Below, piece by piece: positions 1 through 10,331 of a DNA stretch of 57,274 nucleotides (its first letter is position 1; each line of letters opens with the position of its first letter). The DNA lies in assembly GCA_017828935.1 (NCBI GenBank), contig JAGAUG010000085.1:1-57274 (forward strand), given 5' to 3'. Both the position numbers and the translations under genes were made by a program. Origin of the DNA: Oscillospiraceae bacterium. GTDB taxonomy: Bacteria > Bacillota > Clostridia > Oscillospirales > Ruminococcaceae. Under the pieces are notes generated by a model, which made no database searches, was not told the origin of the DNA, and worked only from the letters and a program-made list of their open reading frames with translations.

Positions 1-2
1 AT

Positions 3-125
3 AATCAAATAAAAGTCTTAAAACGAACAGTATACGGTTATCGCAACTTTAATCGATTCAGAAAAAGAATACTACATATATTTTCCTACCGAAGCCGAAA
101 TAACAATGAAAAAGAGGTAGCATAA
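3..125 (+). CDS. ISL3-family transposase, C-terminal fragment (gene runs off the left edge)
   Basis: Frame 3 reads NQIKVLKRTVYGYRNFNRFRKRILHIFSYRSRNNNEKEVA*. The K-V/I-x-K-R-x-x-Y-G-Y/F-R-N-F-x-x-F-R-x-R-I-L tail is the conserved C-terminus of ISL3 (DDE_Tnp_ISL3) transposases. A terminal inverted repeat follows 22 nt downstream. Confidence 0.6.
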   Translation, partial: NQIKVLKRTVYGYRNFNRFRKRILHIFSYRSRNNNEKEVA

Positions 126-147
126 CATAATACTACCTCACCAAAAA

Positions 148-188
148 CTATTTACAGGATTTTCCACCCCAACTCTTGACAAAGAACC
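148..188 (+). mobile_element. Right terminal inverted repeat of the ISL3-like element
   Basis: ctatttacaggattttccaccccaactcttgacaaagaacc lies just after the transposase stop. Its reverse complement recurs at 39895-39935 with 40/41 identity. Confidence 0.6.
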
Positions 189-207
189 AAAAAATAATTA
201 AAACTAA

Positions 208-255
208 AAACACTTTTGATTTAGAAATAAAAATCTAGATCAAGAGTGTTTTTTA
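208..255 (+). terminator. Intrinsic terminator-like hairpin between the IS end and rpoZ
   Basis: aaacacttttgatttaga pairs with tctagatcaagagtgttt (G-U wobbles allowed) and is followed by a T5 run. Confidence 0.45.
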
Positions 256-298
256 AGATTTAGAGCCTAAAAAATAAAAAAATATTTTGTAATAAATA

Positions 299-326
299 TT
301 GAAAGATTATAAATATATGATATAAT
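299..326 (+). promoter_or_regulatory. Sigma-70-like promoter upstream of rpoZ
   Basis: TTGAAA, 16-nt spacer, TATAAT. It sits about 95 nt upstream of the rpoZ start. Such matches arise by chance in AT-rich DNA. Confidence 0.3.
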
Positions 327-421
327 TTAAATTATAGGAAATTTTTTAACGGGGTATATTTAATAATAGATCTAGGTTAATAAAAAAATGAAAAATAATA
401 GGATTTTGGAGGTTTTTTATT

Positions 422-619
422 ATGTTGAGACCAGCAATGTATGATATTCTTAATAAAGATCAGTGTTATTATTCTTTTGTTATAGCTGTCGCTAAAAGAG
501 CGAGAGAAATTGTTGACGAATATATGGAGCGAGGAGAAATCTTAGAAGAAAAATCAGTAGATATAGCTGTTAAAGAATTCGCTAAAAAAGATGTTACTTT
601 TATTGAAAACTCTAAATAA
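422..619 (+). CDS. rpoZ: DNA-directed RNA polymerase subunit omega
   Basis: 65-aa product with the KYSxVxxxAKRARxI-type motif (YYSFVIAVAKRAREI). GGAGG Shine-Dalgarno upstream. Conserved position just before priA. Confidence 0.85.
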   Translation: MLRPAMYDILNKDQCYYSFVIAVAKRAREIVDEYMERGEILEEKSVDIAVKEFAKKDVTFIENSK

Positions 620-630
620 AATTTTAATTT

Positions 631-3174
631 ATGGATTTGAATAATATAGATGATTTGAGTTTTATTAAGATAGCTAAAGTTGCTATCGACGGAGCAGCTT
701 ATTATTTTGATAAATTATATGATTATATCGTTCCGATAGAAATTAAAGACGACGTTTTTGTTGGCCAAAGAGTCGCTGTACCGTTTGGTAAGGGAAATAA
801 AAAAAAGATAGGTTTAATTTTAAAAATATTAGAATTTAAAAAGTCTGATTTTAATAGAGACGATAAAAGTTTATATTTTACTCCAACAGGCCTGGCAATA
901 AAACCAATTTCTGATATAATAGATAAGCAAAAAGTTTTAAGCAAAGAGATGATAAAAATAATTTTTTGGCTTAAAAAAAATACTTTTTGTAAGTATTTTG
1001 ATGCGCTTAAAGTCGTCTTACCGTCAGGATATAATATATCTTTAATAAAAAAATATAAAATAAATAAAGATATTATTAAAAAATTTTTTGATTATCTTAG
1101 CGAAGAAGAAAAAATATTAATTAATATTTTAGAAACAGAAAAAAATAAAAAAGATCAACTTACTGAACTTACGGTCGGAAGTTTAACAAAGACGCAGCAA
1201 AAGATTTTAAATAATTTAATATCTAAAAATATAATATCAGAAAACGATATTTTTAAAAGAAAGATCCAAGATAATAAAGCTTTAATGGTTAAGATCGACG
1301 ATAAGTTTAATAATTTTATAGATAATATCGATAATAATTATAAACTTACTCAAAAACAAAGAAAAGTTATAAATTTTATCAACGAGTCTGAAGCAGCATC
1401 TGTCAAAGAAGTTTTGTATCTTTGCGGTGTTACTAGGTCTGTTTTAGATAACTTAAACAAAAAAAATATTTTAGGATATTTTGAAGTTGATGTCTATAAA
1501 AATAATATTAATAAAGATTTTATAAATCCTGATCAAGAGTTTAATTATAATATAAAATTAAACTTGGAACAAAAAAATGTTTTTGATAAATTAATTAATT
1601 TAATCGACAAAAAACAACCTGAATTTGCCTTGCTTCGCGGGATAACAGGTAGCGGAAAGACTGTAATATTTATTAGTTTAATAAAATATGTTATAAACAA
1701 AAACAAAAACGTTATATTACTTGTTCCGGAAATTTCTTTGACTCCCCAGATGATAGAAACTTTAAGAAAATATTTCGGGAATTTTATTGCTGTTTTACAT
1801 AGCGGTCTTACTCTCTCTAGTAGACTTAGCGAGTGGAAAAGAATCAAAAACGGAGAAGCAAAGATAGTTGTGGGGACAAGATCAGCAATTTTCGCTCCTG
1901 TTGAAAATATAGGCTTAATTATTATGGACGAAGAACAGGAATCTAGCTATAAATCTGAAAATTCGCCGAGATATCACGCAAGAGATATAGCAAGCCTTCG
2001 GGCAAGCTATAATAACGCTTTGTTTTTGATGGCTTCCGCTACTCCTTGTGTTGAGACTTATTATAAAATCAAAAAAAATAAATTTAATATTTTTTATTTA
2101 AACAAAAGATATAATAATTCAAGATTACCAGATATATCTGTTATCGATATGAAAAAAGAAAAACAAAACGGTAATCTTTCGTTTTTTAGCGAAAAGCTTA
2201 TATTATCGCTAGAAGATAATTTAAATAAAAAAAATCAGTCGATTATTTTTATTAATAGACGGGGCTATAATACTGTGATAAAATGTGAAGAGTGCGGTAG
2301 TACTCAAAACTGTCCAAACTGTAGTATTGCGCTAACTTATCATAGAACTAATAATAAATTAATTTGTCATTACTGTGGATTTACAAAAAACATTATAAAA
2401 AAGTGCGATAATTGCGGAAGTGTATATCTAAAATACGACGGGGTTGGTACACAAAAAATAGAATCTCAATTAGAAGATATATTCCCAAAAGCGAGAATCT
2501 TGAGGCTCGATTCAGATACAATCGTAACTAGATATTCTTATGATAAATATTTTACAGAGTTTTTAAATAAAAAATATGATATTCTAATCGGAACTCAGAT
2601 GATAGCTAAAGGTCTTAACTTTCCCGGCGTTACGTTAGTTGGAGTAATTGACGCAGACAGTTCGCTTTATATTAGTGACTATAGAGCTGTCGAGCAAACT
2701 TATAATATTATAACTCAAGTTATTGGTCGAAGCGGTAGAGGCGAACAAGAAGGAAAAGCAATTATCCAAACTAATTCAGCCGATAACGAAATTTTTGATT
2801 TAATAATAAACCAAAACTACGAAAATTTTTATAATCAAGAAATATTGATGAGAAAAAATCTTTTATATCCGCCGTTTTGTGATATGGCTATAATTGGTCT
2901 TGTTGGTTCAGACGAAAGAGTTGTTATAGAAACCGGAAACGAGATTTTTGAGATAATAAAATATTTAGTTTCTAGTCAATATAAAGATATAAAACTTAAG
3001 ATGTTTGGGCCAATTTCAGAAACTATTTCTCGTGTTAATAATAAATTTAGATATAAAATATTTTTAAAATATAAAAACAATATTAGATTTAAACAAATGA
3101 TAGATTTAATATTAATAAAAATTCTAAAAGAAAAACAAAAATTAGGAATTAATATATTTTTTGACAAGATTTAG
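631..3174 (+). CDS. priA: Primosomal protein N' (replication restart helicase PriA)
   Basis: Walker A GITGSGKT, DEEQ box (MDEEQE), and a double CxxC zinc-binding insert (CEECGS..CPNCS...CHYCG...CDNCGS). Confidence 0.95.
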   Translation: MDLNNIDDLSFIKIAKVAIDGAAYYFDKLYDYIVPIEIKDDVFVGQRVAVPFGKGNKKKIGLILKILEFKKSDFNRDDKSLYFTPTGLAIKPISDIIDKQKVLSKEMIKIIFWLKKNTFCKYFDALKVVLPSGYNISLIKKYKINKDIIKKFFDYLSEEEKILINILETEKNKKDQLTELTVGSLTKTQQKILNNLISKNIISENDIFKRKIQDNKALMVKIDDKFNNFIDNIDNNYKLTQKQRKVINFINESEAASVKEVLYLCGVTRSVLDNLNKKNILGYFEVDVYKNNINKDFINPDQEFNYNIKLNLEQKNVFDKLINLIDKKQPEFALLRGITGSGKTVIFISLIKYVINKNKNVILLVPEISLTPQMIETLRKYFGNFIAVLHSGLTLSSRLSEWKRIKNGEAKIVVGTRSAIFAPVENIGLIIMDEEQESSYKSENSPRYHARDIASLRASYNNALFLMASATPCVETYYKIKKNKFNIFYLNKRYNNSRLPDISVIDMKKEKQNGNLSFFSEKLILSLEDNLNKKNQSIIFINRRGYNTVIKCEECGSTQNCPNCSIALTYHRTNNKLICHYCGFTKNIIKKCDNCGSVYLKYDGVGTQKIESQLEDIFPKARILRLDSDTIVTRYSYDKYFTEFLNKKYDILIGTQMIAKGLNFPGVTLVGVIDADSSLYISDYRAVEQTYNIITQVIGRSGRGEQEGKAIIQTNSADNEIFDLIINQNYENFYNQEILMRKNLLYPPFCDMAIIGLVGSDERVVIETGNEIFEIIKYLVSSQYKDIKLKMFGPISETISRVNNKFRYKIFLKYKNNIRFKQMIDLILIKILKEKQKLGINIFFDKI

Positions 3175-3201
3175 ATAAATATAATTAATAAGAGGTAAAA
3201 A

Positions 3202-3693
3202 ATGGCTATAAGAAATTTAAGATTCGACGGAGACGAAGTACTTAGAAAAAAATCAAAGATCGTAGAAGTTTTCGACGAAAAACTGGCGCAACTAATCGAC
3301 GATATGAAAGATACGATGTATAAAAACAACGGTGTTGGCATGGCTGCTCCTCAAATCGGGATTTTAAAACGAATTGTTGTAATTGATATCGGAGAAGGTC
3401 CAATTGAGCTTGTTAACCCTGAAATTATTGAAAAATCAAAAAGACAAGTTGGTAAAGAAGGATGTTTGTCTTGTCCTGATATTTTGGGGGTTGTAAAGAG
3501 ACCATATAAAGTCACAGCTGTCGGTTACGACAGAAATAAAAACAAGATAGAAATAACAGCTCAAGGGCTTTTAGCTAGGGCGATTTGCCACGAGCTTGAT
3601 CATCTTGACGGAATTTTATTTAAAGATCACGCTAAAGAAATAATCTCAAGAGAAGATATTCAAGCAAAAATAAAATCAAAAACTCAAGAATAA
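3202..3693 (+). CDS. def: Peptide deformylase
   Basis: All three signature motifs are present: GVGMAAPQIG, EGCLS and HELDHL. Confidence 0.97.
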   Translation: MAIRNLRFDGDEVLRKKSKIVEVFDEKLAQLIDDMKDTMYKNNGVGMAAPQIGILKRIVVIDIGEGPIELVNPEIIEKSKRQVGKEGCLSCPDILGVVKRPYKVTAVGYDRNKNKIEITAQGLLARAICHELDHLDGILFKDHAKEIISREDIQAKIKSKTQE

Positions 3694-3734
3694 TATTTTT
3701 ATAATTATAAAAAACTAGAAAAGAGTGGTGTTTT

Positions 3735-4670
3735 TTGAAAATAATTTTTATGGGTACTTCTGATTTTGCGGCTGTAAACTTGAAAAAAATTTTAGATAGC
3801 TCTTGTCGCGAATATCAAGTTTTATCTGTATTTACTCAGCCAGATAAACCAAAAGGTAGAGGCTATAAATTAGAAGCGTCGCCGGTAAAGAAGCTCGCTT
3901 TAGAAAATAATTTAGATATCCAGCAACCAGAAACTTTAAGAGACGACAAAGTTGTTGAGTTTATAAAAAATTTAAATCCAGATCTAATAGTAGTTATCGC
4001 CTACGGCAAGATTTTAACTCGTGAAATACTTGATATTCCGAGCTTGGGTTGTATTAATATGCACGGATCATTGCTTCCCAAATATAGAGGTGCGGCGCCA
4101 GTTCAATGGAGCGTAATCAACGGAGATGAGTACGCTGGCGTTACTTCGATGTATATTGACGAGGGGCTTGATACCGGAGATATAATAATTCAAGATAAAA
4201 TTTTAATAGATCCCAACGAAACATCTGGTGAACTGATGGAACGTTTGGCGAGTGTTTCGGCGAAGACTCTTATTAAGACTTTAGAGATAATAAAAAACAA
4301 TACTGTAACAAGAAAGGCTCAAGACGAAAGTCAAGTCAGCTTTGCACCTACTTTAGACAAGTCTCTTTCGAATATAGATTTTAATAAACCAGCGAGAGAG
4401 TTACATAATATTATAAGAGGTCTTAACCCTTGGCCTGTTGCTAAAATTAATTATAATAATAAAAACATAAAAATATATAGATCTAAAATTATTGACGAAA
4501 ATAATTTATTAGGAAAACCAGGAGAAATTATCGACGATAAAAGATTTATTGTTGCTTGTGCTAGGGGTTCGATTGAATTTTTAGAGATTCAAGCCGAAGG
4601 TAAAAAAAGACTAATATCTAAAGATTTTTTAGTGGGCAACAAAATTAAAATAGGCGATATTATAAATTAA
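3735..4670 (+). CDS. fmt: Methionyl-tRNA formyltransferase
   Basis: TTG start. N-terminus MKIIFMGTSDFA, HGSLLPKYRGAAPVQW motif, and the def-fmt gene pair. Confidence 0.95.
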   Translation: MKIIFMGTSDFAAVNLKKILDSSCREYQVLSVFTQPDKPKGRGYKLEASPVKKLALENNLDIQQPETLRDDKVVEFIKNLNPDLIVVIAYGKILTREILDIPSLGCINMHGSLLPKYRGAAPVQWSVINGDEYAGVTSMYIDEGLDTGDIIIQDKILIDPNETSGELMERLASVSAKTLIKTLEIIKNNTVTRKAQDESQVSFAPTLDKSLSNIDFNKPARELHNIIRGLNPWPVAKINYNNKNIKIYRSKIIDENNLLGKPGEIIDDKRFIVACARGSIEFLEIQAEGKKRLISKDFLVGNKIKIGDIIN

Positions 4671-4718
4671 TATATTTGATTTTAATAAAATTTTATTTTA
4701 AAAGTCAGGAGTGGTTGT

Positions 4719-5717
4719 TTGGTGGATGTTAACAATATCGAAAATAATACTTCAAAATCAGTAAGTCTTAATAAAATTATTTCGGATCTTAGTGTGAAAC
4801 CGATTTATTTGCCTGAGTTTTCTAGCGAAGTTGTCGTTAGAAGTAAAGAAATTAGTAGGCCAGGTCTTCATCTTATTGGATATTTTGATTATTTTGATCC
4901 AAGAAGAATTCAAATAATCGGAAGAATAGAATATAGTTATTTAAATACGTTTGGAGTTTCAAAGAAAAAAGAAGCTTTAGATAAATTTTTTAGTCAACAG
5001 CCTTGTGTTGTTATGATGACGAAAAGTATAGGGCTTTGTGAAGACATAATCGAAGCAGCAAAAAAACATCAAGTACCGCTACTTAGTATCGAAGAAAAGA
5101 CGAGCGATTTTTTATCGGAGCTCATGTCGTTGCTTAATCTTGAAATGGCTCCAACAATATCTATTCCTGGCGGTTTGATGGAAGTTTACGGTGAAGGGAT
5201 TCTTATCTTAGGAGAAAGCGGAATCGGAAAAAGCGAAACATCTGTTGAGTTGATGAAAAGAGGCCACAGGCTTGTCGCTGACGACGTTGTTAAAATTACA
5301 AAAATTTCTCATAATACTCTTATTGGAACCTCGCCAGAAAATATAAGACATTTTTTAGAGATCCGAGGAATTGGAATTATTAATACAAGACAAATTTTCG
5401 GTTTAGGGTCTGTTAAAATTAAAAAAAGTATTGATCTTTTAATTAAGCTAGAAAAATGGGATCAAAACAAAAATTATGATCGTATCGGGACTAAAAAGAC
5501 TTACACCAGAATCTTAAATATAAAAATTCCGACTATAACGCTTCCGATTAGAGCCGGAAGAACGATAGCTGGAATAATCGAAGTTGCTGCAATGAACCAT
5601 CGACAAAACAAGATGGGCTATAGCGCGCCGGAACAATTACTCAAAAAGCTCGGATATCAGGAAGACTTTGAAGATAACGAAATAAACTATGATCTAGATA
5701 TCGATAAAATTTTTTAA
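4719..5717 (+). CDS. hprK: HPr kinase/phosphorylase
   Basis: P-loop GESGIGKSE followed by LVADD and the EIRGIGIIN signature. TTG start at 4719, with GTG at 4722 as an alternative. Confidence 0.93.
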   Translation: MVDVNNIENNTSKSVSLNKIISDLSVKPIYLPEFSSEVVVRSKEISRPGLHLIGYFDYFDPRRIQIIGRIEYSYLNTFGVSKKKEALDKFFSQQPCVVMMTKSIGLCEDIIEAAKKHQVPLLSIEEKTSDFLSELMSLLNLEMAPTISIPGGLMEVYGEGILILGESGIGKSETSVELMKRGHRLVADDVVKITKISHNTLIGTSPENIRHFLEIRGIGIINTRQIFGLGSVKIKKSIDLLIKLEKWDQNKNYDRIGTKKTYTRILNIKIPTITLPIRAGRTIAGIIEVAAMNHRQNKMGYSAPEQLLKKLGYQEDFEDNEINYDLDIDKIF

Positions 5718-5762
5718 TTTTCATCTAAATTTTATTTAATTTTTTATAAATTAAGAGAGGTT

Positions 5763-6494
5763 ATGATGCCGAGATTTTTTTCAGATTTGATATTCAACGA
5801 TATTATCGAAATAACAGGAAACGACGCCAGACATATTTATAAAGTTTTAAGAATGTCTGTTGGGGAGTCTTTAGTTGTTTGTGATCTAAAAAACTATGAT
5901 TATGATTGCGAGATAAAATCGATCAGCAGCGATAAAGTAATATTAAAAATTAAAAAAAAGTTTTTGTCGACAACTGAACCGAAAATAAAAATAAATTTAT
6001 TTCAAGGCGTCCCAAAAAGTGATAAATTTGAGTTTATTACTCAAAAGGCTGTTGAACTCGGAGTTAGCCAAATAACACCTGTTATAATGAACAGATGTAT
6101 TTCTGTTATTGACGAAAAAAATAAGAAAAAAAAGCTTGAAAGATATAATAGGATCGCTTTCGAAGCAGCAAAGCAATCAAATAGATCAAAATTGCCTGTT
6201 GTTAATAATTTTGTTTCTTTTGTTGAAGCGATAAATAAAATTAAAAATTCTGAGTCAGATCTAAATTTATTATTTTACGAAAAAAGCGATATAAAATTAG
6301 AGCCTGTAATATCTAATATAAAGCCAAAAACTATTAATATTATGATTGGCCCAGAAGGCGGATTTGAAGACTTCGAGATCGAAATCGCGAAATTAGCAAA
6401 AATTAATATAGTCTCGATGGGAAAAAGAATTTTAAGATGTGAAACTGCACCGATTTTTGCGCTTTCGGTTTTGATGTTTAAATTTGATGATTAA
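5763..6494 (+). CDS. rsmE: 16S rRNA (uracil1498-N3)-methyltransferase
   Basis: RsmE layout: N-terminal PUA-like region (PRFF...ARHIYKVLR) and a C-terminal SPOUT knot (IGPEGGF...LRCETA). Confidence 0.9.
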   Translation: MMPRFFSDLIFNDIIEITGNDARHIYKVLRMSVGESLVVCDLKNYDYDCEIKSISSDKVILKIKKKFLSTTEPKIKINLFQGVPKSDKFEFITQKAVELGVSQITPVIMNRCISVIDEKNKKKKLERYNRIAFEAAKQSNRSKLPVVNNFVSFVEAINKIKNSESDLNLLFYEKSDIKLEPVISNIKPKTINIMIGPEGGFEDFEIEIAKLAKINIVSMGKRILRCETAPIFALSVLMFKFDD

Positions 6495-6556
6495 TAAAAT
6501 TAAAAAAAATACTTAAAAAATATAGACAGATTATTAATTTTAAGATATACTTATTA

Positions 6557-6585
6557 TTGGAAAAGTTTTTTATTAAGTTTATAAT
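6557..6585 (+). promoter_or_regulatory. Sigma-70-like promoter upstream of the PFOR gene
   Basis: TTGGAA, 17-nt spacer, TATAAT. Confidence 0.3.
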
Positions 6586-6669
6586 AACAGCTGATAGTTG
6601 TTTAGATATGAATTAAATAAATAGATTTTTATTATTAGAAATTATTTTGATTTGAAAGGGTGTAAATTT

Positions 6670-9600
6670 ATGTCAAGAAAAATGAAGACTATGGACGGTA
6701 ATACGGCGGCGGCGCACGTTTCGTATGCTTTTACTGATGTTGCGGCCATTTATCCGATTACTCCGTCGTCTACTATGGCTGAGGCAACTGATAAGTGGGC
6801 TGCTGAAGGTCGAAAAAATTTGTTTGGTCAAAAAGTTAAGGTTGTTGAGATGCAATCTGAAGCTGGTGCAGCAGGCGCAGTACATGGTTCTTTAACTGCT
6901 GGAGCGCTAACAACAACTTTTACGGCATCTCAAGGATTATTATTAATGATTCCAAATATGTATAAAATAGCAGGAGAGAGATTGCCAGCTGTTATTAACG
7001 TTTCAGCTAGAGCGATAGCTTCACACGCTTTATCTATCTTTGGAGATCATTCTGATATTTACGCTTGTCGCCAGACAGGTTTTTCGATGCTTTGTTCTAG
7101 TAACGTTCAAGAATGTATGGATCTAGCTGCTGTTGCTCATCTAGCAGCAATCAAAGGTAGCTTGCCGTTTTTGCATTTTTTTGATGGTTTTAGAACTTCA
7201 CATGAAATTCAAAAAATTCAAATGTGGTCAGACGAAGATTTAGCTTCGATGATAGATAGAGAAGCTGTTGAGAATTTTAGAAAGAGAGCTCTTAACCCTG
7301 AGAGACCAGCTCTTCGCGGAACAGCTCAAAATCCTGATATTTTCTTCCAAGTAAGGGAAGCTTGTAATAAATATTATGATGAGATGCCGTCTATTGTTGA
7401 GCACTATATGAACGAAATTAATAAAAAAATAAATACTGATTATAAATTATTTAATTATTACGGTCACCCAGAAGCTGATAATATTATTATTGCGATGGGA
7501 AGTGTTTGCGACACAATCGAAGAGACGATTGATTATCTTAATAATAACGGCCAAAAAGTTGGTTTAATTAAAGTTAGACTTTATAGACCATTTTCGATTA
7601 AGCACTTAATAGACGCTATTCCTCAGACTGTTAAGTATATAACTGTTCTTGATAGAACTAAAGAGCCAGGTTCAATTGGTGAGCCTTTGTATCTAGACGT
7701 TGTTTTAGCTTTAAAACAAACAAGATTCGAAAATGTTCCAGTTTTTTCAGGAAGATACGGTCTAGGTTCAAAAGATACAGCTCCAGCTCAAATTGTTGCT
7801 GTTTATGAGAATGCTGTTTCTTCTAGTCCAAAAACTAGATTTACTGTTGGAATCAATGACGACGTTACTAATTTGTCGCTCGAAATAAAACAAGATATAG
7901 ATACAACTCCGTCGGGAACGACTAGTTGTAAGTTTTGGGGTCTTGGTTCAGACGGAACCGTTGGAGCTAACAAAAATTCTATCAATATTATTGGTGATCA
8001 TACAGATATGTATGTTCAAGCTTACTTTGCTTATGACTCTAAAAAATCTGGTGGGGTAACTATTTCTCATCTTAGATTTGGAAGCAGTCCTATTAAGTCG
8101 ACTTATTTTGTAAATAAAGCTGACTTTGTTGCTTGTCACAACGCTTCTTATATTAATAAATATGATATGGTTCAAGATCTAAAACCAGGCGGAACTTTTT
8201 TATTAAATTGTAGTTGGAGTGACGAGGAGATCGAAAATAAGTTACCAGCTAAAGTTAAGAATTATATAGCAAAAAATAATATTAAGTTTTATGTTATAGA
8301 CGGTCTTAAGATCGCTAAAGAAATTGGCCTTGGAGGAAGAATTAATACGATTTTACAATCAGCTTTCTTTAATCTTTCAGATGTTATTAATATAGACGAC
8401 GCTGTTAAATATATGAAAGATGCTGCTACGGCTTCTTATATGAAAAAGGGTCCAGCTATCGTTGAGATGAACCACGCTGCGATAGAAAAAGGCGTAAGCG
8501 GATCTAGAGAAATAAAAATTCCTCAAAGTTGGGCTAGCGCAAAAGATAATTTAGATAAAAAAGTTGTTAACGGCGAAAATAAAGCTCTTGTTGATTTTGT
8601 TAATAATATCCAAATTCCAGTTAATAATCAAGAAGGAGATAAATTACCAGTTTCGGCTTTCTTAGATATTTCAGACGGAACAGTTCCTCAAGGGTCAGCT
8701 GCTTTTGAAAAACGCGGAATAGCTATTGATGTTCCTTGTTGGCTAAGCGAAAATTGTATCCAATGTAATTTATGTTCGTACGTTTGTCCTCACGCAGTAA
8801 TTAGGCCATTTGTTTTAACAGAAGAAGAGGCTAAGAATGCTCCAGAAGGAATCAAGCTGGTTGATATGATGGGAATGCCTGGTTATAAATTTACCGTTGC
8901 GATTTCGGCTTTAGATTGTACTGGTTGCGGTGTTTGTGTTAATATTTGTCCTGGAAAGAAAGGCGAAAAAGCTCTTGAGATGAAAAATTTATCAGAGCAA
9001 CTAAAACAACAAGCAATATTTGATTATTGTGTAAAGTTACCTCCAAAAGAAGAAGTTTTAAATAAATTTAGTGAAACAACTATAAAAGGCAGTCAGTTCA
9101 AACAGCCTTTATTAGAGTTCTCTGGTGCATGTGCTGGTTGTGGAGAGCCTCCTTATGCGAAGCTTGCTACACAGTTATTTGGTGATAGGATGTATATAGC
9201 GAACGCAACTGGGTGTTCATCAATTTGGGCAGGTTCAGCACCGTCGACGCCTTATACGACTAATTCAAAAGGGCAAGGACCAGCTTGGGCTAATTCGCTA
9301 TTTGAAGATAACGCTGAATTTGGTTACGGAATGTATTTAGCATCTCAAACTTTAAGAGAGAATCTAATCGAAAAAGTTAGAAATCTAAAAGAAGTTGCTC
9401 CAGAAGACAAAAAACAAGCTATCGAAGAGTATCTTTCGACTTTAGATGACTCAAAAGCTAATAAAATAGCTACTGAGAAATTAGTAAAAGCTTTAGAAAG
9501 TTGCTCAGGTAACTGTTGCGAGACTTGTAAAGAGATTTTAAATAATAAAGAATTTTTAGCTAAAAAATCTGTTTGGATCTTTGGAGGAGATGGTTGGGCT

Positions 9601-10218
9601 TATGATATCGGATTCGGAGGCCTTGATCATGTTATAGCTTCAGGAGAAGACGTAAATATTTTAGTATTTGATACAGAAGTATATTCTAATACAGGTGGTC
9701 AGTCTTCAAAATCGACTCCAACTGGTGCTATTGCTCAGTTCGCAGCGGCGGGAAAAGAAGTAAAGAAAAAAGACCTTGCTTCGATCGCGATGAGTTATGG
9801 ATATGTTTATGTTGCTCAAATAGCTATGGGTGCTGACTACGCTCAGTGTATCAAAGCGTTTAACGAAGCTGAGAGTTATAAAGGGCCTTCGATTATAATT
9901 GCCTACGCGCCTTGTATTAATCACGGAATAAAAGGCGGACTTGTTAATTCTCAAAACGAAGCTAAAAAAGCAGTTTTATCTGGATATTGGCATCTATTTA
10001 GATTTGATCCTAGATTAAAATTAGACGGAAAAAATCCGTTCCAGTTGGATAGCAAAGAACCGACTGGAGACTATAAAGAATTTATTAACAACGAATCTAG
10101 ATATAATTCTTTAAAACGCTTTTATCCTGAAAGAGCTGATATATTATTCGAAAAAGCTCATCAGTCTTCAATTGATAGATACAATTATTTATTAAGACTT
10201 TCTAAATTATATGAATAA
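6670..10218 (+). CDS. nifJ: Pyruvate:ferredoxin (flavodoxin) oxidoreductase, single-chain PFOR
   Basis: About 1180 aa with N-terminus MDGNTAAAHVSYAF. Two ferredoxin-type 4Fe-4S motifs (CIQCNLCSYVCP and CTGCGVCVNICP) and a TPP-binding GGDGWAYDIG motif. I place the start at ATG 6670 behind a GAAAGGGTG Shine-Dalgarno rather than at the track's 6652. Confidence 0.95.
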   Translation: MSRKMKTMDGNTAAAHVSYAFTDVAAIYPITPSSTMAEATDKWAAEGRKNLFGQKVKVVEMQSEAGAAGAVHGSLTAGALTTTFTASQGLLLMIPNMYKIAGERLPAVINVSARAIASHALSIFGDHSDIYACRQTGFSMLCSSNVQECMDLAAVAHLAAIKGSLPFLHFFDGFRTSHEIQKIQMWSDEDLASMIDREAVENFRKRALNPERPALRGTAQNPDIFFQVREACNKYYDEMPSIVEHYMNEINKKINTDYKLFNYYGHPEADNIIIAMGSVCDTIEETIDYLNNNGQKVGLIKVRLYRPFSIKHLIDAIPQTVKYITVLDRTKEPGSIGEPLYLDVVLALKQTRFENVPVFSGRYGLGSKDTAPAQIVAVYENAVSSSPKTRFTVGINDDVTNLSLEIKQDIDTTPSGTTSCKFWGLGSDGTVGANKNSINIIGDHTDMYVQAYFAYDSKKSGGVTISHLRFGSSPIKSTYFVNKADFVACHNASYINKYDMVQDLKPGGTFLLNCSWSDEEIENKLPAKVKNYIAKNNIKFYVIDGLKIAKEIGLGGRINTILQSAFFNLSDVINIDDAVKYMKDAATASYMKKGPAIVEMNHAAIEKGVSGSREIKIPQSWASAKDNLDKKVVNGENKALVDFVNNIQIPVNNQEGDKLPVSAFLDISDGTVPQGSAAFEKRGIAIDVPCWLSENCIQCNLCSYVCPHAVIRPFVLTEEEAKNAPEGIKLVDMMGMPGYKFTVAISALDCTGCGVCVNICPGKKGEKALEMKNLSEQLKQQAIFDYCVKLPPKEEVLNKFSETTIKGSQFKQPLLEFSGACAGCGEPPYAKLATQLFGDRMYIANATGCSSIWAGSAPSTPYTTNSKGQGPAWANSLFEDNAEFGYGMYLASQTLRENLIEKVRNLKEVAPEDKKQAIEEYLSTLDDSKANKIATEKLVKALESCSGNCCETCKEILNNKEFLAKKSVWIFGGDGWAYDIGFGGLDHVIASGEDVNILVFDTEVYSNTGGQSSKSTPTGAIAQFAAAGKEVKKKDLASIAMSYGYVYVAQIAMGADYAQCIKAFNEAESYKGPSIIIAYAPCINHGIKGGLVNSQNEAKKAVLSGYWHLFRFDPRLKLDGKNPFQLDSKEPTGDYKEFINNESRYNSLKRFYPERADILFEKAHQSSIDRYNYLLRLSKLYE

Positions 10219-10242
10219 ATAAAAAATTTAATATAAAAAACA

Positions 10243-10293
10243 AAATACTAACAGGGTTTTTATATAATATAAGATCCTGTTAGTATTTTTGTT
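10243..10293 (+). terminator. Intrinsic terminator after the PFOR gene
   Basis: aaatactaacagg pairs with cctgttagtattt (13-bp perfect stem) and is followed by TTTTTGTTT. Confidence 0.8.
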
Positions 10294-10302
10294 TAAAAAA
10301 AC

Positions 10303-10331
10303 TTGACATATCTAAAATAATATGATATTAT
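10303..10331 (+). promoter_or_regulatory. Promoter of the BspA-like LRR gene
   Basis: TTGACA, 17-nt spacer, extended -10 TGaTATTAT. It sits about 90 nt upstream of the ATG at 10419. Confidence 0.45.

Noticed and set aside
723-3167. Several minus-strand ORFs antisense to priA (723-944, 1545-1847, 2976-3167). Similar antisense ORFs lie within nifJ, nusA, infB, topA, recN, dprA and cdd.
   Set aside because: All lie opposite genes with unambiguous motifs and have AT-skewed hydrophobic or basic compositions typical of shadow frames.
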